Assembly (NCBI GenBank): GCA_013416795.1
Contig: RQSC01001312.1
Location: 1-64,000 of the forward strand
Source: Prasinococcaceae sp. CCMP 1430
Lineage: Eukaryota; Plantae; Prasinodermophyta
Direction: 5' to 3'
Length of the DNA: 64,000 nucleotides
Below are positions 32,290-44,215 of this stretch, one piece after another (positions within the stretch are counted from its first letter, which is position 1; each line of letters begins with the position of its first letter). A model generated the notes under the pieces. It searched no databases and had not been told where the DNA came from. It was given only the letters and a program-made list of their open reading frames with translations. The position numbers were made by a program, and so were the translations under genes.

Positions 32290-32420
32290 CATGCCGAGGG
32301 CGAAGTTGGAGGCGTCGGTCATGATAACCTCGGGGCGATCTGCGCGCGGGAGGGCCAGCACCGGTGCTCTTGTATGGCGCTCCATGAGTTCCTCAAAGGC
32401 CGCCTGTTCCACATCGCTGC
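32290..32420 (-). mobile_element. Relic of a Ty3/gypsy LTR-retrotransposon pol (RT/RNase H connection)
   Basis: QAAFEELMERHTRAPVLALPRADRPEVIMTDASNFALG matches the known AF..LK..LT.APVLALP....PF.+.TDAS..ALG pattern. No flanking pol sequence. Confidence 0.75.
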
Positions 32421-32814
32421 AGTCTGCGAGGGCGAGCATCTCGCCGCCGATCCGGCGGACCGGCGACGTCGTGGGTGGCATTCCGCGTGCGCATCGCCCG
32501 CCATGGCGGGCCTAGGGTCCTAGATGCATTGCGTTTTCTCGCGTTTGCGCGCGAGCGTTCACAGCAAAAGCATTAGATTCCATATCAAAACTTATCGAAA
32601 TGCATTTTGACGTACATTCACCACACAAATTCCAGACGATCGCGCGGCATTTGCGCGCGACGGCGGCGCCACAGCGCGCGCGCGGCCCTGCGCCGGCCAA
32701 CAGCCCCCCCCCCGCGCGGAGCCCGCGACGCGCCCCCGCGGCCCGAGTCGCCGCCGCCTGCGCTCTGTGTTTTTCCGGCAGCGCCGACAAGTGGGTGATC
32801 GGCCGGCGGCGGCG

Positions 32815-34056
32815 ATGAGCGCGTGGGGCGGGGGGTCGGACAACCCGTTCGCCGCGCCGGCGGCGGCGCGGCCTGCGGTGGGCACGGCTGACAACCCCTT
32901 CCGCGACGGCGGTAACGAGTTCGTGGTGGCGCCGGAGGATGATGCGGGGCCGCTGCCCAGCGCGGCCGCGGACTCGCCCTTCGGGCTGCGCGCCGACGCC
33001 GGCCAGCCGCGGGCATCGCCGAACTCGTACATCAGCTCGGAGTCGTACGCCAGGAAGATGGAGACGCCCAGCCCCGGCGCGGGAGGGTCCGCCTCCACTT
33101 CGGGACTCAACGGCACCCCGACCACGCAGCGCGAGCTCGATCTGGAACGCCGCGAGGTACGCTCGCGCGCGCGCGCATTTGCAGTACACACAGACGCATC
33201 TTCCAGGCGCGCCTCTTTTTGGTCTCTGTGCCTCCGATAGACGCACAACGTGGCATCTATGCCGGACGCATGCGCGCATGCCCGCCGACTCACCCGCGCT
33301 CAACGCACTGACATCCAATGCGAACGTGCGCGCCTCGCCCGCCCGCTCGATCGGCAGGCCGAGCTCGAGCGCCGCGAGCAGGAGGTACAGCGCCTCATCA
33401 AGGAGACAGGCTACAAGCCCAAAAACTGGCCGAGCTGTTACCCCATTTTGTACCACGACATTGCTGCTGAGATCCCTGCAGACAACCGGATGCTCGTGCG
33501 CTGGGCGTACTACAGCTGGATGCTCACTGTGGCGGCCTGGCTGTGGTTCTGGTTCAGCGTGCTCCTCGGCGTCATTTTCGACGCGAACAAGCTTCTGGGA
33601 GGATTTTCCAATTTCGTGGTGAACTCCATGGCGACGGTCATCGGGCTGTGGGTGAGCTGGAATGTCAACTACCGCACGCTCTTCCGTGCGGCGAGAATCG
33701 ACAGCGTGCTCTCATACGGCTGGTTCTTCCTGAACCACACTGCCCACATCGGATGGTGGTGCTGGTGCGCCGTAGGGGTCCCGGCGCTCAACTACCCGCC
33801 GGGCTTCATGACGATGCTCGATGCGCTCGGTGTCAATACCTTCGCGGGCGTCATTTACGCCATCGCCTTCGCCTTCGATGTCCTCGTGGCGGGGTTCAGC
33901 ACGTGGGTACAGTTGTACGCTATCAAGAAGTTCCGCGGGCAGGGCGGTGTCGCTGAGCTCACGCGACAGGGCCAGGCGGCGGCAACGGCGGTGAGGGCCG
34001 CCAACACGCTGAACTCAGCGAGCGGTGGCTTCCAGTCCTCGCCAGCAATACCCTAG
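32815..34056 (+). CDS. SCAMP: Secretory carrier membrane protein
   Basis: NPF repeats (DNPFAA, DNPFRD), ELERRE, KNWPSCYPILYHDIAAEIP, four TM segments. Exons 32815-33156 and 33358-34056. Confidence 0.93.
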
Positions 34057-34478
34057 GAGCGTTCCATGCTGGATCCATTTACATGTGCGAGCAAGCTACC
34101 GGTGACGGGCCACTGGTGGCTGGGCGCGTGCAACAGGTGGAAGGACGAGAGTGAATGCGCACACGACCGTGCGTCGGGGGCTAGTGTGTCACTGCGTGCG
34201 ACCAGTGTGCACACGGCGTTCCACTCGACCGTGACAAACGAGACGCGCGTGTGCTGCCAGCGGCGAGCAGAATGGCGCGCGGTACCGCGCTAAGCCGCCA
34301 CAGATACATGTAGGCGCGCGTGCGGACGTGCGTCCATGCGCCGTACGTCATACATCTAAGCTCAACTTAACGATCGGCGTACTCGGCACTCTGTCCTCCA
34401 CGCGCACGCGCTAGGCACGCGCCGCATGTCCTGGTGCAAGAGCTATCTAGGGAAAGAGCGAGCGTCGCGCAGGGATAT

Positions 34479-35584
34479 CTATGCATCCTTTTCACGCGTG
34501 CCAACGGCCGGCGCGACCATCGCCAGGCTGCTCTGGCTCGCTGCGAACCGCTTCACTGACGCGGGCAGCCATCGTACCAACGCAGAAGCGACAACCGCCG
34601 ATCCTTGGTCCGCTCCTGCCAGCGCCGCCTGGCGGGCCTTGAGCGCATCGAATGTGTCACGCACATGCGGCAGCAGCCCAGGGGGCATGCGCAAGGGCGA
34701 GAAGAGCTCCGATAGGTCGCCTCGCCCCCAGCGCACGCGCAGCACGCTGTAGGCGTGTACCATTGCCATGTAGTCGAGCATGTCCTGAGGCATGTGCGCC
34801 TCCTCCACCAGGTGGGACTGCGCGCGCGCAGCCATATTATCGCCCGCACGAGCAAGTGAAAACCCACCACCACACGCACACATGCACCATCATGACGTTA
34901 GCTAGCACACGTACATCGGGGTACCGTCAATGCGGCCGCCAGGTTTAGCCTCTCAACTACTCCACTTACCTCTTGCTCGATGATCGTGGCCACGCGCTGG
35001 TGTGCTGGCAGGATGCTGGTCTCCATCCACTCGACGTATGACTCCCTGAGGGTGTCGTCCTCGGCAACGCGCCTCATCAATTCCGGCATGCCTTCCGGAT
35101 ACTTCACGCCGACGACGGAGCGGGCGAACAGGGAGAACACCGCGGTCGTCGAACTCAGAACTGCGAGGAGTGGCCCGTACAGGCGTTCGAGCTTGTGCGC
35201 GTGATGCGGCAAGAAAGCGGCGACAGTTGGTAGTCAGCACGTACGATGTGCAGAGGCGCTTACCACATGCGATACACGATGGAAGATGCCATCTATGCGC
35301 GACCACGAGCTACGCACGAACGAGGAGGATCTTTCGGCCGACGCGTACCTGCGCGTCTGCGCGTGCCAGCGCTGCGCGCCCGCACGAGTGCCGAGTCAGC
35401 GCGAGCATCGAACGCAGGGTCCGGTGTGCGCGAGGCCAGCGGCAGCGGCGCGGGCACTCGGTGACGCACCTGCCCGACGCCGCGCCGCGCGCAGCTCGAG
35501 GGCGCCCTGCGCCAGGTACGCCAGCGCGGCGCCCAGCAATGACAGCACCGAAAACAGCAAGGAGGGCGCCGCCTCCCCAAGCAT
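34479..35584 (-). CDS. Uncharacterised N-anchored membrane protein (QL.RLYGPL...W family)
   Basis: Exons 35470-35584, 35349-35371 (23 nt), 34970-35191, 34479-34817; all phases match and the three introns are GT-AG. N-terminal TM; motifs LYGPL, YVEWME..LP, HL.E, W.RGD.S, F..LK.RQ..L. Confidence 0.75.
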
Positions 35585-35847
35585 CCTGTGCGGGCGCACG
35601 GGCGCGCACCAAACGGCGGCCGCGCCCTCTGCTCCTCGAGACGCCTCGTCGCTCTCTCCGCCCCCCCTGCCAGCGCGCCGTGTGCCGTGCTCCCCAATGG
35701 CTCCCCCGCGCGCTTCCGACACGTTTGCGCGCAGCAGGGCGACGATTTTTGTACGCCCCCGCAGATGCCGTGAAATTGCTGTGTTGGCGCTGCAGCGCCA
35801 ACGGGTGGTGCCACATTGCGCGCACGCGCCGCGCCGCGCGCGCGCGC

Positions 35848-37410
35848 ATGCGCGCGCTGCGACGCATGAGCCCAGCGATGCGCGCTTGCCCCACCGCCGC
35901 GCTGCTCGCGTGCTTGGCCCAGGCCGGCACTGCGCTGCTGATGCTGCAGGCGGTGGTGGGTGTAGCCACAGGTGGTGAGGACGGAGAGGAGGGCCTGCCC
36001 CTGCCGCCGTGGATGCAGTCGGCCCCTGCTGGCCTGCCCCGCTGCGTGCCCCCGCCGCTCAGCGTCAACATTACCGCCGACGTCGCGGGCGGGTGCGACG
36101 CGGACGCGCCCGCAGCGTCGCTAGCGAAGGCGCGCGCGAGCGCGTGGCGCTGGGCGCCGCGCGTCAGCTTCCACCCAGACGAGCGGTACTTCCTGGACAG
36201 TGCGGCGCGCTACCTAGACGCCAGTGTGCTCTTTGGGCCCAACGGCGAGCACCTGGGCCCTGCCACCCCCGCCAACGTGCGTAGACAGATTGAGGCGGGC
36301 TTCGCGAATGCGACCTATACGGTCGCAACGTGGGACGTGGGCAACTGGAGTGGCATGCCGCTAGACTCTAACAACATGTCCACGGCACCGATTTACGCAA
36401 ACGTGTACCTCGGCCAGGAGGGACAATGGGTGTACAACTTCTGGCTCTATTACTCGTGGAACCCGCCAAGTTCTTTCCAGGTGAACCGCCAACGCCAAGA
36501 GGGCGGCCGGTGGGAGTGGCTGGACGTTTTGTTCGACGGCGGCTATGGCTTGCACGAGGGTGACTGGGAGAGCGTGACGGTTGAGATGTGCCCGGATCTC
36601 TCACGGCCTCTCAAGCAGGTGCTGCGAACGCACTGGTTCAATAGTGCGTACGACTGCACGAAGAACGAGTGCGAGTTCGCGCCGGGGAGCAACGGGACCA
36701 ATACGACGCACATGGACGTGCTCTGCGCCCTGGGCGGACACGCCTCCTACCAGCGCTCCAAGGAGGCGTCAGAGGTGATGTACTCGGTGGTAAACGCGTC
36801 ATCAGATCTCGTCATGCCCTGCGGCATCCATGCTTTGACGCGCACGGACCGCACGTGGGCGCCAGAGCAGGGCGCTGCGCACTTCCAGCCAACTGAGGAA
36901 AATGTGATAGTTCTGGACGCACCGAGCGATGTGGACTGGGGCGACGCCTCCGCAGATGCCAAGGCAACATGGCAACAGCTCGAAGCGGTCGGTCTGCACC
37001 CGTGGAGCGCGTATCCTGGCCGTTGGGGTCTCGCTTACTACCAGGACGTGCATCCCGTGGGCGCGCCAATGTGCTACACAGATGGCCAAAGTGACATCGT
37101 GCCGTGCAGCGAGCTGCGCCCCGAAGACGCGAGCGCGCTCCCCCAAAACATCTTCGACGTGACGTCGGCTCTCGCGAACGCCGACGAGGCCATTGCAAAC
37201 CAGTCGGCGGCGGACGGTGCGGCGCTCGTCGCCGCCTGCGGGCACGTGGACCCGTCCTTCTGGCCGAGGCTCGTGGCGTTCGGCCCCCTCGGACCTGCAT
37301 TCAAGACCTTCTGGGGCGAGGTTGAGGTCGCGGTGCCCTCGCCTCTCCAGGCAGATACCGGCGGCGTGCAGCTCGCGTGCCCCGACTACGCGCACCACGT
37401 CGCCGTGTAG
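35848..37410 (+). CDS. Vps62-like secreted protein
   Basis: Signal-like N-terminus, WAPRVSFHPDERYF, YNFWLYYSWN, LHEGDWESVTV, LGGHASY, W..YPGRWG. Intronless. Confidence 0.75.
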   Translation: MRALRRMSPAMRACPTAALLACLAQAGTALLMLQAVVGVATGGEDGEEGLPLPPWMQSAPAGLPRCVPPPLSVNITADVAGGCDADAPAASLAKARASAWRWAPRVSFHPDERYFLDSAARYLDASVLFGPNGEHLGPATPANVRRQIEAGFANATYTVATWDVGNWSGMPLDSNNMSTAPIYANVYLGQEGQWVYNFWLYYSWNPPSSFQVNRQRQEGGRWEWLDVLFDGGYGLHEGDWESVTVEMCPDLSRPLKQVLRTHWFNSAYDCTKNECEFAPGSNGTNTTHMDVLCALGGHASYQRSKEASEVMYSVVNASSDLVMPCGIHALTRTDRTWAPEQGAAHFQPTEENVIVLDAPSDVDWGDASADAKATWQQLEAVGLHPWSAYPGRWGLAYYQDVHPVGAPMCYTDGQSDIVPCSELRPEDASALPQNIFDVTSALANADEAIANQSAADGAALVAACGHVDPSFWPRLVAFGPLGPAFKTFWGEVEVAVPSPLQADTGGVQLACPDYAHHVAV

Positions 37411-37600
37411 TGGCCAGACCCTTCCAGGCAGGCGGGCTTGCTCGCTCGCTGAAGCTGCCAGTGACAAGCTGCCCAGTGCTTCTACGACAGAGATGAATGT
37501 GCGCAGGACAGAGCCGCGTGAGTAGGACGCTGACGGCGATGCCTTCCGTGAGCGTGAGTGCCCACGCATTGCAGGATGAATACTTTAATAGCATACGCAT

Positions 37601-40594
37601 TCACTCGCCACCACCCGCTGACGCAGCCCGCCCAGCACCGCGCTGCCACCTGCTGCGCCGCGTAGCGAGAAGGCGCACGGCGAGAGCCCCCCCACCAGCG
37701 AGAGCCGCGCCGCCGCTGCCGTCCAGCGGCGTGTCGCGAGGCACCGCCCTCGTCTCGCCGTCCTGGTCGAGCACCTCGACGCGCACCAGGTCGCCCTCGA
37801 CTAACGCCTGCGGCCCAAGCTTGGCCGCCGCGAAGAGATCTTCGGCAGTGCTGCCAGGGCGCATGGCGATCGCCAACGGGCAGGCCGCACGCGCCGCCTG
37901 CAGGACAGCGCCGTCCGCAGCTTTCCCCACGGCCCGCAGCCGCGCGACCTCGGCCGGTGCAGCGACGTCATCGGTGGTCGGGAAAGCAAACACGGGCGGC
38001 CGTAGCGCCACGGCCGCGTTGAGCGCCGCGCGGCAGCCGGTCAGCTCCGTGGCATAATCCGCGGCTAGTTTCTCGACCTGCTCGCGCCCCGTCATCTGCT
38101 CACCCGCCTCCACGTGTGCCTGGTACTCGGCACGCGCGCACACCGGCGTGCTGGCGACGCCCGGGTACGACTCGCGGATGCGCCGAATGTGCCGCCCCGA
38201 GCTGGGCAGGTCCGCCTTGTTGAGTGCCAGCACGCACGGGAAGCGCATCGCACAAAACGTCGCGACGATCGCGTGCAGGTCCGCAGGTGTCCATGAGGGC
38301 AGCCGCTTGACCGCCTCGGCCCATGTGCGGCCAAACCCCGCAAGCCTGACCGCTTCGAATGCCACCGACGTGGTGCAGTGGTAGCCGACGAAAAGCTGCA
38401 AGAAGTAGTCGCTCGGCTCGTCGGCTCGGCTCCGCATCAGCTTGCGCAACACCGTGGGCCACTTGTTCCTCACGTTCTGGTAGATCCACATGTGCAGCTC
38501 TAGTTGGACCCACTCGACATCGCGTGCTGGATCGCCCTGCGCGTCTGCGTCGGTGCCAGCCGCCGCGCCATCGCTGAGCGTGGTCCCCGACGCGTCAATC
38601 ACGTGGATCAAGCTGTCGGCATCGCACAAGTCGTTCAGAAAGGCGTTGCCCTTGCCGGCGCCCTGGCACGCACCCGGCACCAGCCCCGCGACGTCTTTTA
38701 TTGTCACGGGCAGTGTCAGCCGCTCGGCGTACCCTCGCTCGCCGCCCTCCCTGCACGGGTCGGCCTCGGCGGGTGGCGAGAAGAATGCTGCCGCGATGTT
38801 GGGCTCAATTGTCGTAAAGGGAAACGCCGCCATCCGCGCCGCTTCCGCCTCACTGTTGGGCAACGTCACCGCGCTGCGTGCATGAGTGTGTGTGTGCGTG
38901 CACGCGCGCGAGCGTAAGCATCCGCGCGCCAGTGCGCGCGCGTGCGCGTCCGTGCGCGCGCGCATGTGTGCGTGCGCGTGCATTGCGCGCGCGCTCGCAC
39001 TTGAAAAAGGTCGACTTTCCAGCGCTCGGCTTCCCGACCAGCCCGACTGTGTACTCCCAGCGTCCACGCCGGCGGTCGCTCGCACGCAACGCCGCGGCCG
39101 AATCGATGCCGCGCGCGCCCTCAATGGCGCGCTGAGCCAGCGCGCACTCCTCCTCGGGGTCGAGCTCATCGCACAGGAGGCGCGACTCAGCCACCACATC
39201 GCCGCTATCATCGGCGGTCTCGTCCATGACAGCAGCAGCGGCCAGAGCTTGAGCACCTGCCACCTGCTCACCATCCGCCGCCTCACCACCGCCGTGCTCA
39301 TCCAGCCACTCGGCCGCCCGCGCAGCCAGCTGGTACACCATCGCGTTGCCGCGCTCCTCTTCCGCGAGGCGGACTAGCTCTGCCAGCAGCGCCACGCGCG
39401 CTGCCTCGCTCAGCGCGTGCCCCTCGATGTCCAGCAGCGGCACCGCCGCCTGGCCACTGTCCACCCCGTCGCCGTGCGGATAGCCACGCGGGAAGGCCGC
39501 TGCCAGCCACACGCCCTCGGCGACGCGCACGCGCGCGAGCAGCATCGGCCCGGCCTCCTCTTCCTCGCCGCCGCCGCCGCCGCCGCAGCGTGCCTCGTCC
39601 TCCTCCTCGTCCGCGCGCGGGCAGTCGCCACCAACCGCCTGGTCTCCGAATATCGCTGTGAGCGCGCCGAGCTCCTCGCGCTGCGCCTCGCGCTCGTCTG
39701 GCAGCCACGCCCCGCACGCGGCCGCCAGCCGCGCCTCGCCCCCAGGGTCACCCGCATCGCCGCCGGCAGCCGCCTCGGCTGCGCGCGCGCGCAAGAACGC
39801 CTCGAGCGTTGCCACGTGCTCCGCGCGTTGCGGAAAGATATGCCCGCCGGCGTGCCGCACCACGTCGGCGCCGCTGCCGAACGCCGCCGCCAGCGCCTCA
39901 GACTCGTTCGGTGGCACGGCCTCGTCACCCTCGCCAACGAAGTGCAGCGAGCGCACGCCCGCCAGGTGCACGAGCGGCGCGCCACCCGTGGGCGGCTGCG
40001 GCGCGCCAGCAAGCACGGCAAAGCGCAACGCGGCGAGCGCGGGGAACGCAGCGGGGTCGGCGCGCGCCGCCGCGAGCGCCGCTGCCGCCAGCGCGCCTCC
40101 CTGCGTGCGTGGTCGTGGGCGCGCCGCCGGGATTAGCTCCAACACGCGCGCGCATGACCCACGCGTATGCACGCACACGCACGCGAGAGTGCGCACGCAT
40201 ACACACGCGCACGCCCACGCTTCCGCCTCGGCGCGACGCCTACCTGCGAGAAGCCCAACACGCCGTCGAAGGGCGGCACGCGCTGCAGCTCGCCCTCGAG
40301 CCGCCGCACCGCCTCGTCAGCGCCGCCCCCGCCTCCATACCACTGCAGCCCGCCGCCGGCCGCGCCGCCGGTCGCGTCCGGGAAGCGCGTCGCGCCGAGC
40401 ACACCGCGCAGCCGCCACGGCGGCCGGCGGCGGCGCCCACGGCGCGGCGCGCCGCAACTGAGCGGTGTGGCGCGGGGCGACGCGCCGAAGGGCCGTGAGG
40501 AGCAGAGGGCGGGGATGAGGGGGGGGCGGGAGGGGTTGGAGGTGGCGTCTGTGCGTGCGCACGTGCGTGCGTGCGCGCTATGCGACAAAGGCAT
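37601..40594 (-). CDS. Fusion protein: FSH1/OVCA2 serine hydrolase + RWD domain + Ygr210/Obg-family GTPase with TGS-like end
   Basis: Exons ~40244-40594 (start uncertain), 39001-40100, 37601-38873, phases consistent. PFDGVLGFSQ|GG, HFVGEGDEAV, HAGGH; QREELGALTAIF, FPRGYP, GNAMVYQL; GLVGKPSAGKSTFF|N, FPFTTIEPN, DVAGLVPGA, LNKAD. Confidence 0.85.
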
Positions 40595-40595
40595 T

Positions 40596-40650
40596 AAACC
40601 CTAATTACAATTGTGCAGTAGTTGACCCTAATAATGATAACCTTAACCTC
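40596..40650. promoter_or_regulatory. Telo-box-like motifs in a compact divergent promoter
   Basis: AAACCCTA at 40596-40603 plus GACCCTAA and AACCTTAAC, between the fusion gene (-) and PDK1 (+). Confidence 0.5.
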
Positions 40651-40816
40651 GCGTGTGCAGTCTGAGGAGCGAGGGGGCGCACGCGCTCGCCTGCCACACC
40701 ACACGTACTCCCAGCGCCGGACCCCCCCCCACCCGCCGCCGCCCTCCTGCCGCGGCGCCCGCTCGCCGGGGGTGGCGGCGCCCCGCCCCCCGGCCTCGTG
40801 GCTCGGCCCTCCCGCC

Positions 40817-42168
40817 ATGCCGATGGAGGACCGCCTCGCGTCCGACCCGGCCGCGCGCGCCGTGCGCGCGCCGCGCGCCCGGCTGTCGCTCGCCGACTTC
40901 GAGGTCGTGGGCGAGCTCGGCGAGGGCAGCTTCTCGCGCGTCGCGCTCGCGAGGCTGCGCGAGACGGGCGAGGAGTACGCCCTCAAGATAATGCTCAAGG
41001 TGGGCGCGCGTGCGGGGAGGGGGAGGAGGCGGTCCTGCGGCTGTGCGCGCGCGCGCGGTGCGCCGTTGCGAGCGCAGCGCGCCTGCCTCTGCCACTTGCG
41101 CGCACCTCGGCGCTGACTGGAGGCGTGCGCGCCGTGCGTGGCGCGCCAACCCGACGTGCAACGCGCTACGCAGCGTCACCTGATTCGCGAGAACAAGGAG
41201 GGATACGTGAAGCTCGAGCGCGATGTGATGGACTCGCTTGACCACCCAGGCGTCGTGCGGCTCGCGTTCACCTTCCAGGACCAGGAGAACCTCTACATGG
41301 GGCTCGAGGCGTGCCAGGGCGACCTGCAGCGGCAGCTCGCGCGGCTGCGGCGCGCGGGGCGCCGCATGAGCGTGAGAGACGTGCGGTGGTACCTCGCTGA
41401 GGTCGTCGAGGCGCTCGCGCACGTGCACGCGCGCGGCGTGTGCCACAGGGACCTCAAACCGGAGAATCTGCTCTTCGACGCCAGCGGCCACCTCAAGCTA
41501 ACCGACTTCGGATCGTGCCGGGACGTCTCGATGGGCTGCTCGAGCGGGGCTGACGCCGGGGGGCAGCAGGCGGCCGACGCAGTCGCGGACGAGGACGAGG
41601 ACTCGCCAAAGGGTCGTCGGTGGAGTTTCGTGGGCACGCCTGAGTACATGCCACCTGGTGAGAGGCGCGCCCGCAGCGCGTGCGCCCGTGGGCTGCCTTT
41701 GCGTGTCGCCTCCCGCGGCGCACGCTGACGCCGCGCTTGCTCGCACGCCCCGTACCACCGCTCGCGCCCATTGCGCCCTCACGTGCAGAGGTCGTCAGGA
41801 TTGACAGCGACGCGAATGCCGCCGACAACCCGTACGCTGTGGACAACTGGGCGCTGGGCGTCATGCTCTACCAGATGTTGGTGGGCGAGCGTCCCTTCCA
41901 GGCGCCGACCGAATACCTCGTCTGGCAGAAGGTCGCAGCGATGGAGTGGGAGATGCCAGAGGATGGCTCGGTGCCCCAGGATGCCGCTGACCTCATCAAT
42001 CGCTTAATGGACCCGAATCCGGCCACGCGAGCAGGGCTCGACGACGTGCGCGCGCACGCGTTCTTCAGCGGCGTCGAGTGGGGCGCGGGGCTCTGGGACC
42101 GCGGCGATGCTCCCGAGCGGCTACCCGCCGACGAGAGCGAATGCGCGCGCACAGCTAAATCACCCTAA
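40817..42168 (+). CDS. PDK1: PDK1-like AGC kinase (no PH domain seen)
   Basis: Exons 40817-40999, 41174-41657, 41789-42168. GEGSFSRV, YALKIMLK|RHLIRENKEGYVKLERDVM, FTFQD, HRDLKPENLL, DFGS, SFVGTPEYMPPE. Confidence 0.88.
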
Positions 42169-42281
42169 TAATCCATCTGTTTTTGTATGCTCAGCGCTGC
42201 TTGTGCTCTGCGGAACGGGGAAGTCCTTACACGTATGCGCAGGCGAACGCCACCAATGCCAGCGACGTGGCGCGTGCGCGC

Positions 42282-44215
42282 TCACTTGAGCACACGATCG
42301 ATTGTCTTGCACTGCTCCTGCCAGCCGACGAGAGAGTGGGCGACGAGCATACCGCCCGCAGCCACGGCAGGCACGCCCGGGCCCGGAAAGTTACTTCAAG
42401 CCGTCACAGTATCGAGAGAGTGGGCGATCGACGCTGTCAGCGCTGCGCGTGCAGTTGGATTCTCGTGATGGCTCGGGGCGCTCGACACACAAGCGCACGC
42501 GCGCAGAGGCAGTGCACGCCACCATCGAGCTGACAAACACGGCGCAGTGGCAGCACCACCAGGCCTCGCGACACCACGCACCTGTCTCCAACACACCAGA
42601 AACCGTCGAGCGGCGTCCCCACGCTGAGGTTGGCCACGGTGCCCTCGCCCTTCGAGATCCAGCCTCGGCCGCCGTACGTGCCGCGGTGGCGGCGCAGGAA
42701 GCGCGAGCACGTGAGCGGCGTGCCGATCATTTCGATTTCCACGCGCTCGCGCGCCCCGGGCACGGCCTTCTCCACGGCCTCCCACAGCTTGTCGGCCCTC
42801 TCGCGCTTGAGGGCCTTGTACTCCTCCGACTTGCGGTCCATCCCCTCCCACTTCTCGTACGGCTCGGTGCCCGGGTAGTACGCATGGATCACGTGCTTGC
42901 CCTCGGGCGCCATGCTGGGGTCGATGGCACTCGGGATGGACACCAGAACGACGTTGCGCTCGGCCTCAACGCCCTTCTCCCAGTCGTCGACGACCATGTG
43001 GTGCAGCTTCACGTCCTCGAGCCCCTCAGCGTCTATGCCCAGGTGAAGGTGCATGAAAGAAAGGCACTGATCGGTGTCTTCAACCTGCTGCGTGAACTCG
43101 TCCGGCAAGGCGCCCTCTGGCATGAGCGGCAGCGTGTCCCACAGCGAGGCGTTCGAAATCACGGCCTCCGACGCGCGCACCTCCTTGCCGCCGCGCAGGC
43201 GCACGCCCACCGCGCGTTCGTTCTCCACGAGCACCTCCTCGACGTGTGCGGATGTGACAAGCTGCCCGCCATACTTCTCAAGGCCACGCACGAGCGCGTC
43301 GATCAGCGCGCCGGAGCCGCCCTTGGGAAACTCAAGCATGGCGTTCGGACGGTACCAGTCGTCAAACATGAACCCAATCTCCGACGCCGGGGTGCCCGTC
43401 GCCGGGGCGCCGCTCAGCATGAAGCAGCACAGCTCCAGCCAGTCGCGGATGAACTGTGACTTGAGACCCATCTTGTCCATCACTTCCGAGTATGGCTTGG
43501 TGAGGTCTTCGAGGCTGCCCGCGGACTCGACCACGCGCGGCAGGAAGCGAGCGAGCGTCACGAGCGCCGCGGGGTCGTTGCGCACAGCCAGCACGGGCAG
43601 GCACATCGCCGCCTTGGCAAGCGGCTTCATCTCCTCGCGCAGGCGCACGAACTCGTCCACGGTGTCCTCGTCGTACGCCTCGCGAAGGACGGCGTTGAAG
43701 TTATCCGTGCCGATTTTCATCTCGAACTTGCCCACGGGCTCGGGGAAGTGGCACGTCCAGCCGTTGTACTCGTGGCACGGCAGCTCCTCGCCCAGCGCCT
43801 GCAGGACCTGGCCCATCGGGTTCATTGTCCCCGGCGTCGTCATCGTACTGTACAAGCTCGGTCCGCTCTCGAAGGTGTACCCGTCGCGCTCCCACGCGTG
43901 CGCGGCGCCGCCGGGCACGTCGTGCGACTCCAGCACGACCACCTTCTTGCCGTACATGGCGAGCAGCGCGCCGGCCGACAGTCCACCACTGGGCACACGG
44001 GCAGCAAGCGGGCGCGCGCGCGCGGTGCGCAACGCGCGAGTCAGACGGATTCGCGCTCTCGTGCGCGCGCGCCATCGCAGCACACCAGCTAAAGCCATTG
44101 CGCTCGAGACGGCGGTCGTTGCGGGAACTCACATGCCCGCGCCGATGACCACCACCTCTGCCGCGTCGGGCGCGTCGCGCGCCGCCGCCGCCGCGCGCAC
44201 GCGCAGCGTCGCCAT
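42282..44215 (-). CDS. CRTISO-like FAD oxidoreductase (At1g57770-type)
   Basis: Exons 44133-44215 (start uncertain), 42582-43988, 42282-42393: VVVIGAGIGGL, ESGPSLY, SFMHLHLG, HAY.PGTEP, GTPLT..RFLRR.RGTYG, GDSNFPG.GVPAVA. Confidence 0.9.
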
